A stretch of DNA of 64,000 bases from Dendrobates tinctorius. Its lineage: Eukaryota. The notes beneath the pieces are model-generated. The model did no database searches and was not told the DNA's origin. It saw only the letters and a list, made by a program, of their open reading frames with translations. The position numbers were made by a program, and so were the translations under genes. Numbering within the stretch: the first letter of the stretch is position 1; each line of letters begins with the position of its first letter. The stretch spans positions 3,906,001 through 3,970,000 of the forward strand of contig NW_027361727.1 of NCBI RefSeq assembly GCF_039654945.1, read 5' to 3'. This document shows, piece after piece, positions 25,343 through 38,320 of this stretch.

Positions 25343-27610
25343 GAATCATTAATAATTTAAGACTGGTACAATCAGTTTTGTTCGTATTGTCAGGAAACAC
25401 AATCTGATCCGACCGTGCGAAAATTCAGTTCAAATACAAAATAAATCCAGGCAAAAAAAGGAAATCCTACATAAAATACTCGTCCCTCCCACACCTTTTA
25501 TTTCCTTTTTTTAATCTTTTTTTTTTTTTTTACAAAAAGGGCTAAAAAAAAGTCATCAAAATGCAGCAGATTCATTAACTATTTACATTTGTTACACCGG
25601 AAACATTTACAGCTCCAGAAGGAAACTTCTCTCCAAAGTGAAAACAAAGTATTAACATGCGGGTGCGATACATGACGCGTTTCACCCACGTCACGTACAA
25701 TTTACAACATGGGGGGAAGGGTTATATTAATCTCTTGTTATTATTATTCCGGTCTCCTTTATAACAATGTTGCATAGAATCCAGCGGAGATCTTATGATT
25801 GACTTTGTAAAAGGCGATTGGAAGTATAAAAACTTTCAGAAACGTTGAGTGATTCTAAGTATCGTCAAGCCCATCGGCCATATAACAGTCTGTATAATAT
25901 GCTGTATCTTAGCCGGCACCAACATGGCCGAGACGTGGATCACATCAGCTACATCATGGTATAGACGAGATACAAAAAAAATAAAAATATACATCCAGGC
26001 AGACCTGCTTCCTGATGTTAACGAAGGACAATACAGTGTAATCTAGAGCCACCTGATGAGTTTCAGGCATCACAGACAACGATTTGTGATTTATATACAT
26101 AATCCCAAAGCTATAAATATAGATATATATTTATTTGTGAAATCTGTCAGTGATATGAAACATCCAGCCATATTCACAGTTATGGATTTCAGTGCTGGGG
26201 GACTCTCTGAATTCTACCGACGCGTTTCGCTTTATCAGCCCCTTCTCTTGGTAGCAGACTTTGGGCGCTTGTTTGCAGTACAACCGATGATCCCATGTGC
26301 ATTTCACCTTCCAGTCCACGCAGCGTTATTGTCGAAGTGTTTCCACTCAGGCCGGGTTATCGTAACATATGACAAAAAAGACACGTCACTCCGAGAATTC
26401 AGATGTGGGGTGCGCAGAAAAGGATACCAGTCCCAATTCAATAAAGAATAAGAAATCTGGCACTCCCAGGGAGTGCCGGATTTCTTATTCTGGGTTATCG
26501 TAACATGGTCTAACATGAAACAGAACACGTGAGGTATAGAAGAACTGCTCCTGCAGCCAGCACCTCTATTATGTATATATGATGTATAGACTTAGGCATT
26601 TCCCAGGTGGTAAATATAGAAGGATAATACAGGGTGCCTATTCACTTGTAAAACGCAAAACCAAAAAATGCAAACTGCTCCCCCTAAAAAAAAATGCAAA
26701 TAAAATTCATAATGCAGCAGGTACATGGGGACGGATATTATCCCTGGTGGGGTAGTGGTGTGGTATAGAGCTGTTGTCTGCACTACAAGTCCCAGCTTTA
26801 CAAGGAGAGTGCAGATACCCACCATGATTATAAGGCATTGAAAGGTTAGCACCAAAATGGGGGAGAGTGCGTCTTAGAGACATCGATGTTGGAGCAGACG
26901 GTTCCTGAGGAAGGACGGGTAGGCAGCTCCGCTCTTCCCTCTATGTATCAGGGAATGTGCACAGTGCAATATACTGTGAAGGGAACAGACACCGAGGAAA
27001 TGAGTGACTGGACAAAGATGCATTGGGGCTTTCTGACACCAGCCTGTTCATCTCTTCCCTGTCTGGTAACCCACCTCATACAATAGTCACCTGTCCTATG
27101 ACAGCAGAGTGGCGATTCAGTTTTTGGTTTGGTCTCAGACCCGATCAATGGTCATCATCTGTAAACCAATGTCCATGTGGTGGTGATGAGCCCTTTCATG
27201 CTCAGCGTAGAGTGGAGGAGTGAAGAGCGTCCTGAATAGCTGTATACTGTTTTCGGCAGACGCTCCGTCCCCCGGCGGCATCGGTTATACATAACGAGAG
27301 CAAGGCAAGCAGCGTAGTCAGCGACTATCTGCACTGAGGTCACCTAGTGAAGCTGGCAGGACCAGTACCCCTGTGTGTTTGGTTAGAGCAGCGTAGGCAG
27401 TGCGCCATCCCCTGTCCTGCCTGTGTAACTACAGATTAGTACATTTTCAGTGTGTCGGGCGTTTCGGCCCGGTGCATGTAATGAGTAGTGCAGCCTTGAT
27501 TCTAACATGTGGTCACATCAAACTGGGTGCAGCGACCAGCGCCCCTGTCTGTCTGAAAGCCTTATTTGCCTTTCATATCTCAGCCACCTGTAATTGGGTG
27601 ACTCTCATCA

Positions 27611-27736
27611 TCACAATGCAGACTCCAGGGAGGAATCCAGAATATCGTCGTGATGGCTGTTGCTGTTGGAATCGCTGTCGTAGCTCTGGGGGCTGGAAAA
27701 ATTGGCCGCTTCCTGGAGCCTCATCAACATGTTCAT
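27611..27736 (-). CDS. NAV2: NAV2 terminal coding exon (MNMLMRLQEAANFSS...LESAL*)
   Basis: 126 nt to the TGA stop; two more in-frame TGA codons follow. Confidence 0.95.
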   Translation of the reverse strand: MNMLMRLQEAANFSSPQSYDSDSNSNSHHDDILDSSLESAL

Positions 27737-27891
27737 CTGTAAGAACAAGAAATTTACAGTAATGGAAGCAAAACTTAAAGGGAATGTCAAGTTTTGTGCA
27801 AAGCGTGCCCTAACAGCAGCTCATACTCTGGCGTATCCTGCAAACTTTTTGCTCAACTCCAACAAATAATTTTATTTTTATGGCTCCTTAC

Positions 27892-28095
27892 CAGAGGATC
27901 TCCGTCCCCATCTCCTGATGGAGCTTGCTTGCTTGATGTCCCCTCCCTGGGCACAGAATACCCATCAAATCCAACATCTTCTGGTCGTAGCTGGAGAAGA
28001 GGAGGCCACTCATGCTGCAGGGAAACCGCTGTCCACGGGTAGGTATCCATAACCCACTTGGCAGGGTCTTCCCAGGGGGCTCTTCTGCCGTACAA
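27892..28095 (-). CDS. NAV2: NAV2 penultimate exon (LYGRRAPWEDPAKWVMDTYPW...GDPL)
   Basis: 204 nt, phase 0-0, tag/gtaagg. Confidence 0.95.
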
Positions 28096-28185
28096 CTAGA
28101 ACAGGGTAATGAGAAGGAAATTCTATGCATTGTACTTGATCAGCATGGCTGCCGCATCAATGATCTCCGAGATCAGGTTTCTTAC

Positions 28186-28304
28186 CTGCAGCCCTTCTCT
28201 GACAGCTTCCAGTAGGTAGGGGATGATGGAGTAGTTCCAGAGGTCAGTAAACCAAACCCTCGAACCATCCACATCCATTGGACAAGACAGGAACAAACGA
28301 GGTC
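28186..28304 (-). CDS. NAV2: NAV2 exon (GPRLFLSCPMDVDGSRVWFTDLWNYSIIPYLLEAVREGLQ)
   Basis: 119 nt, phase 1-0, tag/gtaaga. Confidence 0.95.
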
Positions 28305-28447
28305 CTAGAATAAATAAAATGATGGAAAATATGTGACATATCCCATTTACAGGACAGACTCTGGCTCTACTGTCACTTTACCCCCGAGGGTGGTTTGCAT
28401 GTTAATGACCGGGCCAATTTTTACAATTCTGTCCACGGTCCCTTAAT

Positions 28448-28722
28448 AAAAAAAAATGGGATAAAAAGATGGAATAACTCTGCGCTGCTTGAAAGATAGA
28501 AGTACATGTGGATATTCAGATGAAAAAGTGGCTATATTCAACGCGTTTCAGAGTACTATGACTCCTTCAAAGTGTATACTTTTGTGGTTTCCTGATGATG
28601 GTCGTAGTACTCCGAAACGCGTTGAATAAAGACACTTTTTCATCTGAATATCCATTTGTACTTCTAGCTTTCAAGCAGTGACGAGTGAATCCACCTTTTT
28701 ATCCCTTTTTTTTTTTTTTTTT
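28448..28722. mobile_element. Divergent (5'-to-5') pair of Penelope-like pLTR fragments with a hammerhead motif
   Basis: Arms of about 125 bp; CTGATGA (28592-28598)...tactccGAAACGCGTTGAATAAA. Confidence 0.72.
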
Positions 28723-31700
28723 ACTCTGGCTGGTCACGAGGGGACTGGAGGATCTGCAGCAGCTAATATTTCTATGAGCCTGTGTTTGGGCTCTATCTAG
28801 TGAGTAAAATCTGTGCTGAGCTCACGGTGACTTTTGAGCTGCGGTGACTTCGGTAAGATCCCCGCTAGCACCGTGAGCGCTCACGGTGCTAGCAGGGATC
28901 TGATCGCAGCTCAGCCCGGCTGGGAACACAGCCCAGTGGCCGGAGGTAACCTCGATGACGTCACCACCGGTCTCTGAGGCTGCACTCTCAGCAGCTCATT
29001 CACCAGTGGTTTTCAGCCGGGACGGTCGCATGTTGGCACCGTCCAGGTTGAAAACTATTTATCCCCCAGACATGGATTACAGCGTGGGAAAGAATGATGG
29101 ACAGGTATGGTATATTGTTGGTTTTTTACTTTATATTTATTACAGGAGATTGAGAGCTTCGCTGGGATTTGGCGATGCAGTAAGTATGGTTTATTTGAGA
29201 TTAATAAAGGAGTCTGTTTCATTTTTTTCAAATAAAGGACTTTATTCTGGCTGTTTCTTTATTTACAATACAATTATAGGATTAGTAATGGATGGGTGCC
29301 TTATTGACGCCTCTCCATTACTAAGCCTTGGGCTTGATGTCACCTGACAATACAAAGGTGACATCAACCCCACAAATATTACCCCACTTGCCACCTCTAC
29401 AGGGTGAGTGCGAAGAGCCGGGCAAAGCGCCAGAATTGGGGCATCTAATAGATGTAGCCCACAGCTGCCCAGGCTGGGAGGGGTCAATATCCATGGCCCC
29501 TTACCAGCCTGAGAATACCAGCCCCCCCAGCTGTGAGCTTTAGCAAGGCTGGTTGTCAAAAATGGGGGGGACCCCACGCCTTTTTTTAAATTATTTAAAT
29601 AATTAAAAAAAACAGCATGGGGACCCCTCTATTCTTGATAACCGGCCTTGCTGAAAGCTGAGGGTTGCAGCCCCCAGCTGTGAGCTTTGTCTGGCTGGTT
29701 ATCAAAAATAGGTGGAACCCACGCCAGGTTTTCTTTTTAACTACTGTATTTATTTACGACGCGGGAGCAGCAGATAAATACTCCCATCCGCGGCTCCTGC
29801 TGTCACTGTTATTAGCAGCAGCAGGGGTAGGCTGATGGGGATAATAGTCCCATCAGCCACCGCCTACTGTCTCTTTAACCCCTTCACCCCCAAGGGTGGT
29901 TTGCACGTTCATGACCGGGCCAATTTTTACAATTCTGACCACTGTCCCTTTATGAGGTCATAACTCTGGAACGCTTCCATTGATCCCGGTGATTCTGACA
30001 TTGTTTTCTCGTGACATATTGTACTTCATGTTAGTGGTAAAATTTCATTCAAATAACTTGCGTTTATTTGTGAAAAAAATGGAAATTTGGCAAAAATTTT
30101 GAAAATTTCGCAATTTTCCAACTTTGAATTTTTATGCCCTTAAATCACAGAGATACGGCACACAAAAAACTTGATAAGTAACATTTCCCACATGTTTACT
30201 TTACATCAGCACAATTTTGGAACCAAAATTTTTTTTTGTTAGGAAGTTATAAGGGTTAAAAGTTGACCAGCGATTTCTCATTTTTACAACACCATTTTAT
30301 TTTTAGGACCACATCACATTTGAAGCCACTTTGAGGGGTCTATATGATAGAAAATACCCAAAAGTGACTCCATTCTAAAAACTGAACCCCTTAAGGTGCT
30401 CAAAACCACATTCAAGAAGTTTATTAACCCATTAGGTGCGTCACAGGAATTTTTTTGAATATTTAAAAAGAAATGAACATCTAACTTTTTTCACAAAAAA
30501 AATACTTCAGGTTCAATTTTTTTTATTTTACCAAGGGTAACAGGAGAAATTGGACTGCAAAAGTTATTGTGAAATTTGTCCTGAGTAGGCTGATACCTGA
30601 TTTGTGGGGGGGAACGACTGTTTCGGCGCATGGCAGAGCTCAGAATGGAAGGAGCGCCGTTTGACTTTTTCAATGCAAAATTGGCTGGAATTCAGATCGG
30701 ACGCCATGCCACGTTTGGAGAGTCCCTGATGTACCTAAACAGTGGAAACCCCCTACAAGTGACCCCATTTTGGAAACTAGACCCCCCAAGGAACTTATCT
30801 AGATATGTGGTGAGAACTTTGAACCCACAAGGGCTTTACAGAAGTTTATAACGTACAGCGGTACAATTAAAAAATCATATTTTTTCCACAAAAATGATCT
30901 TTTCACCCCAATTTTTATTTTCCCAAGGGTAACAGGACCCTATAAGTTATTGTGCAATTTGTCCTGAGTACGCTGATACCCCACATGTGGGGGTAAACCA
31001 CTATTTGGGCGCATGGCAGAGCTCGGAAGGGAAGCAGCGCCATTTGACGTTTTTGGCTGGAATTGAGATCGGACACCATGTCGCGTTTGGAAAACTCCTG
31101 ATGTACCAAAACAGTGGAAACCCCCCACAAATGACACCATTTTGGAAACTAGACCCCCTAAGGAACTTATCTAGATGTGTGGTGAGCACTTTGAACCCCC
31201 CCAGTGCTTCACAGAAGTTTATAACGCCCGGGCGTGAAAATAAAAAATTCTTATTTTTTCCACAAACATGATCTTTTAGTCACCATTTTTTTATTTTCCC
31301 AAGGGTACCAGGAGAAATTGGACCCCAAAAGTTGTTGTCCAATTTGTCCTGAGTATGCTGATACCCCATATGTGGGTGAAAACTACTGTATGGGCACACG
31401 TCGGGGCTCGGAAGGGAAGTAGTGACGTTTTGGTATGCAGACTTTGATGGAATGGTCTGCGAGTGTCATGTTGCCTTTGGAGAGCCCCTAATGTACCTAA
31501 ACAGTGGAAACCCCCCACAAATGACCCCATTTTGAAAACTAGACCCACTAAGGAACTTATCTAGATGTGAGGTGAGCACTTTGAACCCCCAAGGGCTTCA
31601 CAGAAGTTTATAATGCCAGGGCATGAAAATAAAAAAAATCGTATTTTTTCCAGAAACATGATCAATTAGTCCCCAATTTTTTCATTTTCCCAAGGGTAAC

Positions 31701-32310
31701 AGGAGAAATTGGACCCCAAAAGTTGTTGTCCCATTTGGCCTGAGTACGCTGACACCCCATATGTGGGAGAAAACTACTGTATGGACACACGTCGGGGCTC
31801 GGAAGGGAAGCAGTGACGTTTTGAAATGCAGACTTTGATGGAATGGTCTGCGGGTGTCATGTGCGTTTGGAGAGCCCCTGATGTACCTAAACTATTGAAA
31901 CTCCCCACAAGTGACCCCCTTTTGGACACTAGACCCCCCACGGAACTTATCTAGATGTGTGGTGAGCACTTTGAACCCCCAAGTGCTTCACAGAAGTTTA
32001 TAACACTCGGACGTGAAAATAAAAAAAATCATTTTTTTCCACAAAAATGATATTTTTGCCCCCAATTTTTTATTTTCCTAAGGGTAACAGGAGAAATTGG
32101 ACCCCAAAAATTGTTTTGCAATTTGTCCTGAGTAGGCTGATACCCTACATGTGGGGGTAAAACACTGTTTGGGCGCATGGCAGAGCTTGGAAGGGAAGGA
32201 GCACCATTTGACTTTTTCAACTCAGAATTGGCTGGAATTGAGATCAGACGCCATGTTGCATTTGGAGAGCCCCTGATGTGCCCAAACAGTGGAAACCCCC
32301 AATTATAACT

Positions 32311-32385
32311 CCAACCCTAACCCCAACACACCCCTAACCCTAACCCTAGCCCTAACCCTAGCCCTAACCCTAGCCCTAACCCTAA
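32311..32385. repeat. Telomere-like (CCCTAA/CCCTAG)n inside the piggyBac-like element
   Basis: ccctaaccctagccctaaccctag..., resuming as ccctaa after the MITE. Confidence 0.85.
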
Positions 32386-32741
32386 GGCTGTGTGCACACG
32401 CTGCGGATTTTGCTGCGGTTCCGCAGCGGTTTTGGCTGCTGCGGACCCCAGTACCATGATTCCCTATGGGAATCAAAAACCACAGTGCAGACGGTGCGGA
32501 ATTTTCCGCGCGGATTATCTGCGGTTTTCAATCCGCAGAAAGAATTGACATGTCAATTCTTTCTGCGGATTCTCCTGCGGTTTGCCATCTCCTCTAATGA
32601 GGAGATGAAAAACCGCAGGACAAAACCGCAGAGCAATCTGCAGGTAAAACCGCAGGTCTTTTGACCTGCGGTTTCACCTGCGGATTTTACAAAATCCGCG
32701 CGGATGAATCCGCACCTAATCCGCAGCGTGTGCACACAGCC
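32386..32741. mobile_element. Harbinger-like MITE inserted in telomere-like repeats
   Basis: TIR ggctgtgtgcacacgctgcggatt; TAA/TTA flanks. Confidence 0.85.
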
Positions 32742-35700
32742 TTACCCTAACGGGAAAATGGAGATAAATACTTTTTTTTTAGTTTTATTATTTTTCCCTA
32801 ACTAAGGGGGTGATAACGGGGGGGTTTGATTTACTATTTATGGCGGTTTTTATGTTTGGCGGCTGTCACACGCTAAAAGACGCTTTTTATTGTAAAATAG
32901 TTTTTGCATCACCACATATTGAGAGCTATAATTTTTCTGTATTTTGACACACCGAGTCATGTGAGGTCTTATTTTTTGCGGGACGAGTTGACGTTTTTAT
33001 TGGTACCATTTTCGGGCACGTGACATTTTTTGATCGCTTTTTATTCCTATTTTTGGGACGCAGAATGAACAAAAACCAGCGTTTCATGAATTTCTTTTGG
33101 GGGGGTGCGTTTACACCGTTCCGCGTGCGGTAAAATTGATAAAGCGGTTTTATTCTTCGGGTCAGTACGGTTACAGCGATACCTCATTTAGGTCGTTTTT
33201 TTATGTTTTTGTCGGTTTCATGCAATGAAAACTATTTTATATAAAAAATAATTATTTTTGCATCGCATTATTCTGTGAGCTATAACTTTTTTATTTTTTC
33301 GCTGATGATGCTGTGTGGCGGCTCGTTTTTTGCGGGACAAGATGACGTTTTCAGCGGTACCATGGATATTTATATGCGTCTTTTTGATCGCGCGTTATTT
33401 CACTTTTTGTTTGGCGGTATGATAATAAATAATTTTTTGCTTCGTTTTTTATTTTTATTTTTTAAGGGGTTCGCTAAAAGGGTTAACTAATGGGACAGTT
33501 TTATAGGGCGGGTCATTACGGACGCGGCGATACCTAATATGTGTACTTTTATTGTTGTTTTTTTTTTATTATTTTCAAAAAATGAATTTATTGGGGAATA
33601 TTTTTTTTTTTTTTTTTACTAATTTATTTGGCGATTTTTTTTTTAATTTATTTTTACATTTTTTTTAAATTTTTTTTTTACTTTATTACATAGTCCCAGG
33701 TGGGACATCACTGTCCTGTGACAGATCGCTGATCTGTCACATCACAGATCACTGTGACAGATCAGCAATCTGTCACAGGCATTGAAGCAGACTTCCTCTT
33801 GCCTGCGCTTTGCAGGCACTGAGGAAGCCAGCTTCCTCAGGTCCCCGAAGGCCCCCGTCGCCATCTTGGATTCGGGGGCCTGGAGGATAGGAGCCCCCCG
33901 CAGCAACGCTGCACATTGCGCTGCCGTGGGGGGCTCAGGGAAGCACGGAGGGAGCCCCCTCCCTGCCGATGCTTCCCTTTAACTCCCGGTACACCGCGAT
34001 CATGTTTGATCGCGGTGTGCAAGGGGTTAACGTGTCGGGGGCGGTCCGTGACCGCCCCTGACACATAGTGCCGGGTGTCAGCTGTGATAATCAGCTGACA
34101 CCCGGCCGCGATCAGCGGCGCTCACCAGGTGGGCGCCGCTGATCGCGGTAGATGTACTATCCCGTCCACGGTCATACGGGCCCGGGTACAGTGGACGGGA
34201 TAGTACGTCGGATATCAGGAAGGGGTTAATTACTTAAAATGTAACTCTCACTATTCTCCCCTGCTCGCACCGATCACTGGCAGAGCAGTGTTCAGCACCC
34301 AGCACCTGGGAACAGCACTTACTGTAACACTTCTTCCCTGGCACCCGTCCTTGTGGTACTGATGCAGCACACGCATGCCACACATGTGCACAAGTATTAC
34401 ACACACGTACACTGATATCTCCGGTAACGGAAATATCAGAACGTGTGAAAGAGGCCTTATAGCGGGTTTTCATGTTTGGCAGCTGTCACACACTAAAAGA
34501 CGCTTTTTATTGCAAAAAATAGTTTTTGCATCACCACATTTTGAGATCTATAATTTTTTCCATATTTTGGCCCAAAGAGTCATGTGAGGTCATGTTTTTT
34601 GCGGGACGAGTTGATGTTTTTATTGGTACCATTTTTGGGCACATGACATTTTTTGATCGCTTTCTATTCCGTTTCTGTCTCATTTGGGAGACAGAATGAG
34701 CAAAAACCAGCATTTCATTAATTTCTTTTTTTTGGAGGGTTCTATACCGTTCCGCGTGCGGTAAAATTGATTAGGCAGATTTATTGTTCGGGTCAGTTGA
34801 TGACAGCGATACCTCATTTATATTTTTTTTTATGTTTTGGCGCTTTTATATAATAACTATTTTATAGAAAAAATAACTATTTTTGCATCGCTTTATTCTG
34901 AGAGCTATAACTTTTTTATTTTTCCGGTGATGACACTGTGTGGCAGCTCGATTTTTGCGGGACAAGATGACGTGTTCAGCGGCACCATGTTTATTTATAT
35001 CCGTCTTTTTGTTCACGTGTTATTCCACTTTTTGGTCAGCGGTATAATGATAAAGCATTGTTTTTTGCCTTTTTTTTAATGGTGTTCACTAAAGGGGTTA
35101 ACTAGTAGAACAGTTTTATAGGTTGAGTCGTTGCAGACTCTTCCCGAGTTAAAACATTAGTATTGTTTTTTCTAAATGATTATGAACTTGTTTTCTTTGC
35201 AGTATTTCAGGTCTGAAAGCACTATTTTTTTTTTTTAATTTTGACCATTTCTCCTTTTCAGAAAAAAACACAAAATTTATGGCTTTGGAAATTCGGAGAC
35301 ATATTGTCAGATGTTTGTAGACTAAAAGAACAATTTACATTTTACCCAAACATATACCTACAAAGAGAAAAATCAGCCACACTGAACATTTGGAAGTGGT
35401 CTCTTAATTTTTGCCATAGCTGTATATTGATTTTTTATTATTATTTTTGATTTTTAAAAAATATTTTTACAATTATTTAAATTTTTTTTTACTTTGTCCC
35501 CACTATGGGACAATGATTTTTTGCAGGTTGATCACTTCTATAGCATGCAGATGAAGCAGCATCTGCATGTCATAGAAGCTGTCAGCACTGCACTGAGAAG
35601 GAGACTTGCTGATCATGCATTGCGCATGATCAACGTTTCCTAGCTCTGGTGACCTGGATGTTGTCATGACCACATCCACGCACCATGGCAACGATCGTCA

Positions 35701-36140
35701 CGCCGCGGGGTCTCCTATCCAAAGTCAGAGGGGCTGTCAGCCCTGCTCCGGCCTCCGGAATGCTGCGATCTTGTTTGATCGCAGTATTTTGGGGGTTAAA
35801 GTGCCGGGAGCAGTCTGTGACCGCTCCTGGTACCTAGTGCCGGGTGTGAGCTGTCAGAATCAGCTGACACCCGGTGGTGATCGGCAGCGCACCCCCGTGA
35901 GCGTGGCCGATCGCGATGACGTAATATTCCGTCCATGGTCAAATTGGCCCAGGTCACATGGACGGAATATTACATCTGATGTCAGAAAGGAGTTAAATCC
36001 CTCTCCTGTGTGTGTGACAGCACCATCTACTGGCAGCTAATAAGAACTGCAACTATCCTGGCTGTGAAATGTAATAGGACTAGGAGACTGAACTGGAGAT
36101 CCACAACCTGGATAACGCACGGACTATGGGCGCCACTCAC

Positions 36141-36337
36141 CGATAGTGACATCTGAGGAGCTGTGGGTCTCCAGGAAGCGGTTCAAGTGTTGCCAGACTT
36201 TGGGAATCCAGTCTATTATCTTCCCCAGCTCTACATTTCTTGTCCGGTTACTCATTTCTGTTTCGATCAATTTCCTCCGGAGATAACGTCCAAGGAAACC
36301 TTTGACGGGTTCAGTGTGGTTGGCGCATAGCACCCAC
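36141..36337 (-). CDS. NAV2: NAV2 exon (WVLCANHTEPVKGFLGRYLRRKL...HSSSDVTI)
   Basis: 197 nt, phase 2-1, cag/gtgagt. Confidence 0.95.
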
Positions 36338-36946
36338 CTGTGTAACATACAGGGCAAAGGACAGGTTATACGACTGTGATAAGAGGTCTGAAAGAGCACG
36401 AATAAAAGCGTCCATACACTTTATATACCACTCACGAGACTCATCCATATACAGGATCACAGGCTGTAAATGTAAACTAGAATATGTTCATTTGCCAGGA
36501 GCAAGTAGACGTCTTGCAATAATGAGGGATTTACAGAGGTTGTCCGACAATCTTTAAAAACAAAGCACTTTTCTATTTGCCATCATTATACAACATGATC
36601 TACTGTTCCCTAGTAGCTTCAACTTGCATTTATTTACTTTTTCCACTTCTGATGAGATTGCACAGGGGAGTCTCACGCTCCGTGGCCTTATCTGACTCTG
36701 TGTGTGCTCCCTCCTTGCTGGTGTACTGCCAGTGCGCTCTGCTCTGAAGCAGGCAAGAAAACAGAGCACCTCATGTACCCGAATAAAAGTGAACGCATGC
36801 TCATTGTTCGGTCCTTTCCTACAGACGTTCAGAGAGGCTTGGGAGCGGACCGCACTGATTCAACATGGAGGCTGAAAAGCGGAAGGGAGGCCATTGAGGA
36901 AACGGCAGGAAATTTTATATAACAGTGTCAATTAAAACAATGCTTA

Positions 36947-37372
36947 AGGTCCCGTCACACCTAGCGATGCTATAACGATCCCGACAGCGATACGACACGA
37001 CAGGGATCGTTGCCGCATCGCTATGTGGTCGCTATTGAGATGTCAGACAGTCCAATCTACCCAACAACGGAGCAACGATCTAGCGTGTCATAGCGACCTT
37101 TGTAACGATGTCGGGAACGCTAATCCCCACCTTGTCTTGCTTCTGAGTCGCTAACGAGGTCGTTAGGCTAGGTGTCAAACGTGACGATACAAGCGACTCA
37201 GCGGGACATGAGCGACCAAAGAAATGTCCAGACATTTCGGGCACGATCAGCGATACCCGGCAGGGGGGCCGGTCGCTGGTCACTGTCACACACAGCGATC
37301 TTGCTGGTAAGATCGCTATAACGTCACAGTTATAGTGACTCAGCAGCGATCTCGCTTAGTGTGACAGGGCCT
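36947..37372. mobile_element. Harbinger-like MITE
   Basis: TTA TSD; aggtcccgtcacac...gtgtgacagggcct. Confidence 0.8.
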
Positions 37373-38020
37373 TTAGTCTTTAGAAGTTTAAGATATCAGG
37401 CAACTCCTTTAAAAAGGTTGTTCTCATGATCAATCTTCAGCTGCACATTGCTCCCCTGTCTCCAGGCTTGATGGGGTGCAGTCCTGATTAACTGTTCAGA
37501 GCAGCAGCATGATGACCCCACTAAAAACATCTAGCAAAGTCTGGTTTTCCTCTGCAGCATCAGAGCAGAGTAGAGCATGGGGCACCAACGTTGGATCAGG
37601 GCTTATAAGCGCTGCAGAAAAGTGATTGCAAGCACTGTGCTCTTTACCTAGAAAACCAGCCACTGCTCATAGACTACTGGAGGTGGCCGGTACCTAAGGC
37701 AACGAGCAGTAAAAAATGCAATTAAAAAAATCATGTTACAGAGAGAATTATTTAATAAGAAGTACACTGCATCCATGCTTGTTTTTGCAGTCACTATAAC
37801 CCTAAAGGGGTTTACTCATCAGTATAAAATGGATAAAATTACAACGTATATTTGAGAATCATTTAAGCTTTGTGGTTGTAACTTTGTCACTATTTCCAGA
37901 AGTCATGCTGGTTTTGAAATGGGCGAGTTAATTGTGGCAAGATTATAAAAGAAAACCGCCATGTACGGCCTTCACCCTGGTCACAATGAGCTTGATATTA
38001 AAAAATGGCATGAGACGCAC

Positions 38021-38092
38021 CGGAAGTTATGATGAAGCTGTAGGTTGGGGGTGGACGACGTGGCCTGGTTCATGGTGCCAATTATGTATGGG
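38021..38092 (-). CDS. NAV2: NAV2 exon (PYIIGTMNQATSSTPNLQLHHNFR)
   Basis: 72 nt, phase 2-2, cag/gtgcgt; found by manual translation. Confidence 0.93.
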
Positions 38093-38320
38093 CTGCAAAA
38101 AAAATAAAATAGCATTATATTAATGGGATGGTGCCTGCTGGATGTCACTGCTTATTCTGCAGTGTTATGTCAATCACAGAATCGCTTATGGGGAGATAAG
38201 AAATAATCTTCCTCCTCACAATTCCTCCGTATCTTCTACCTAGAGGGTCTGTACAGACAGCAGGACATAGAAACATACAGAACAAATCCCTACAGGAGAA
38301 CGAGGCAGAAGAGTCATTAC

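Larger units (their letters stand above)
29879..34225. mobile_element. Non-autonomous piggyBac-like element with internal tandem repeats
   Basis: TTAA TSD (29875-29878 and 34226-34229); CCCCTTC...GAAGGGG ends; about five repeats of 370-395 bp at 30340-32300; no transposase. Confidence 0.8.
28377..35992. mobile_element. Older, deleted copy of the same piggyBac-like family, hosting nested insertions
   Basis: 28377-28444 repeats the inner element's left end; 34460-35130 parallels 32843-33520; ends gaaaggag|ttaa. Confidence 0.65.
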
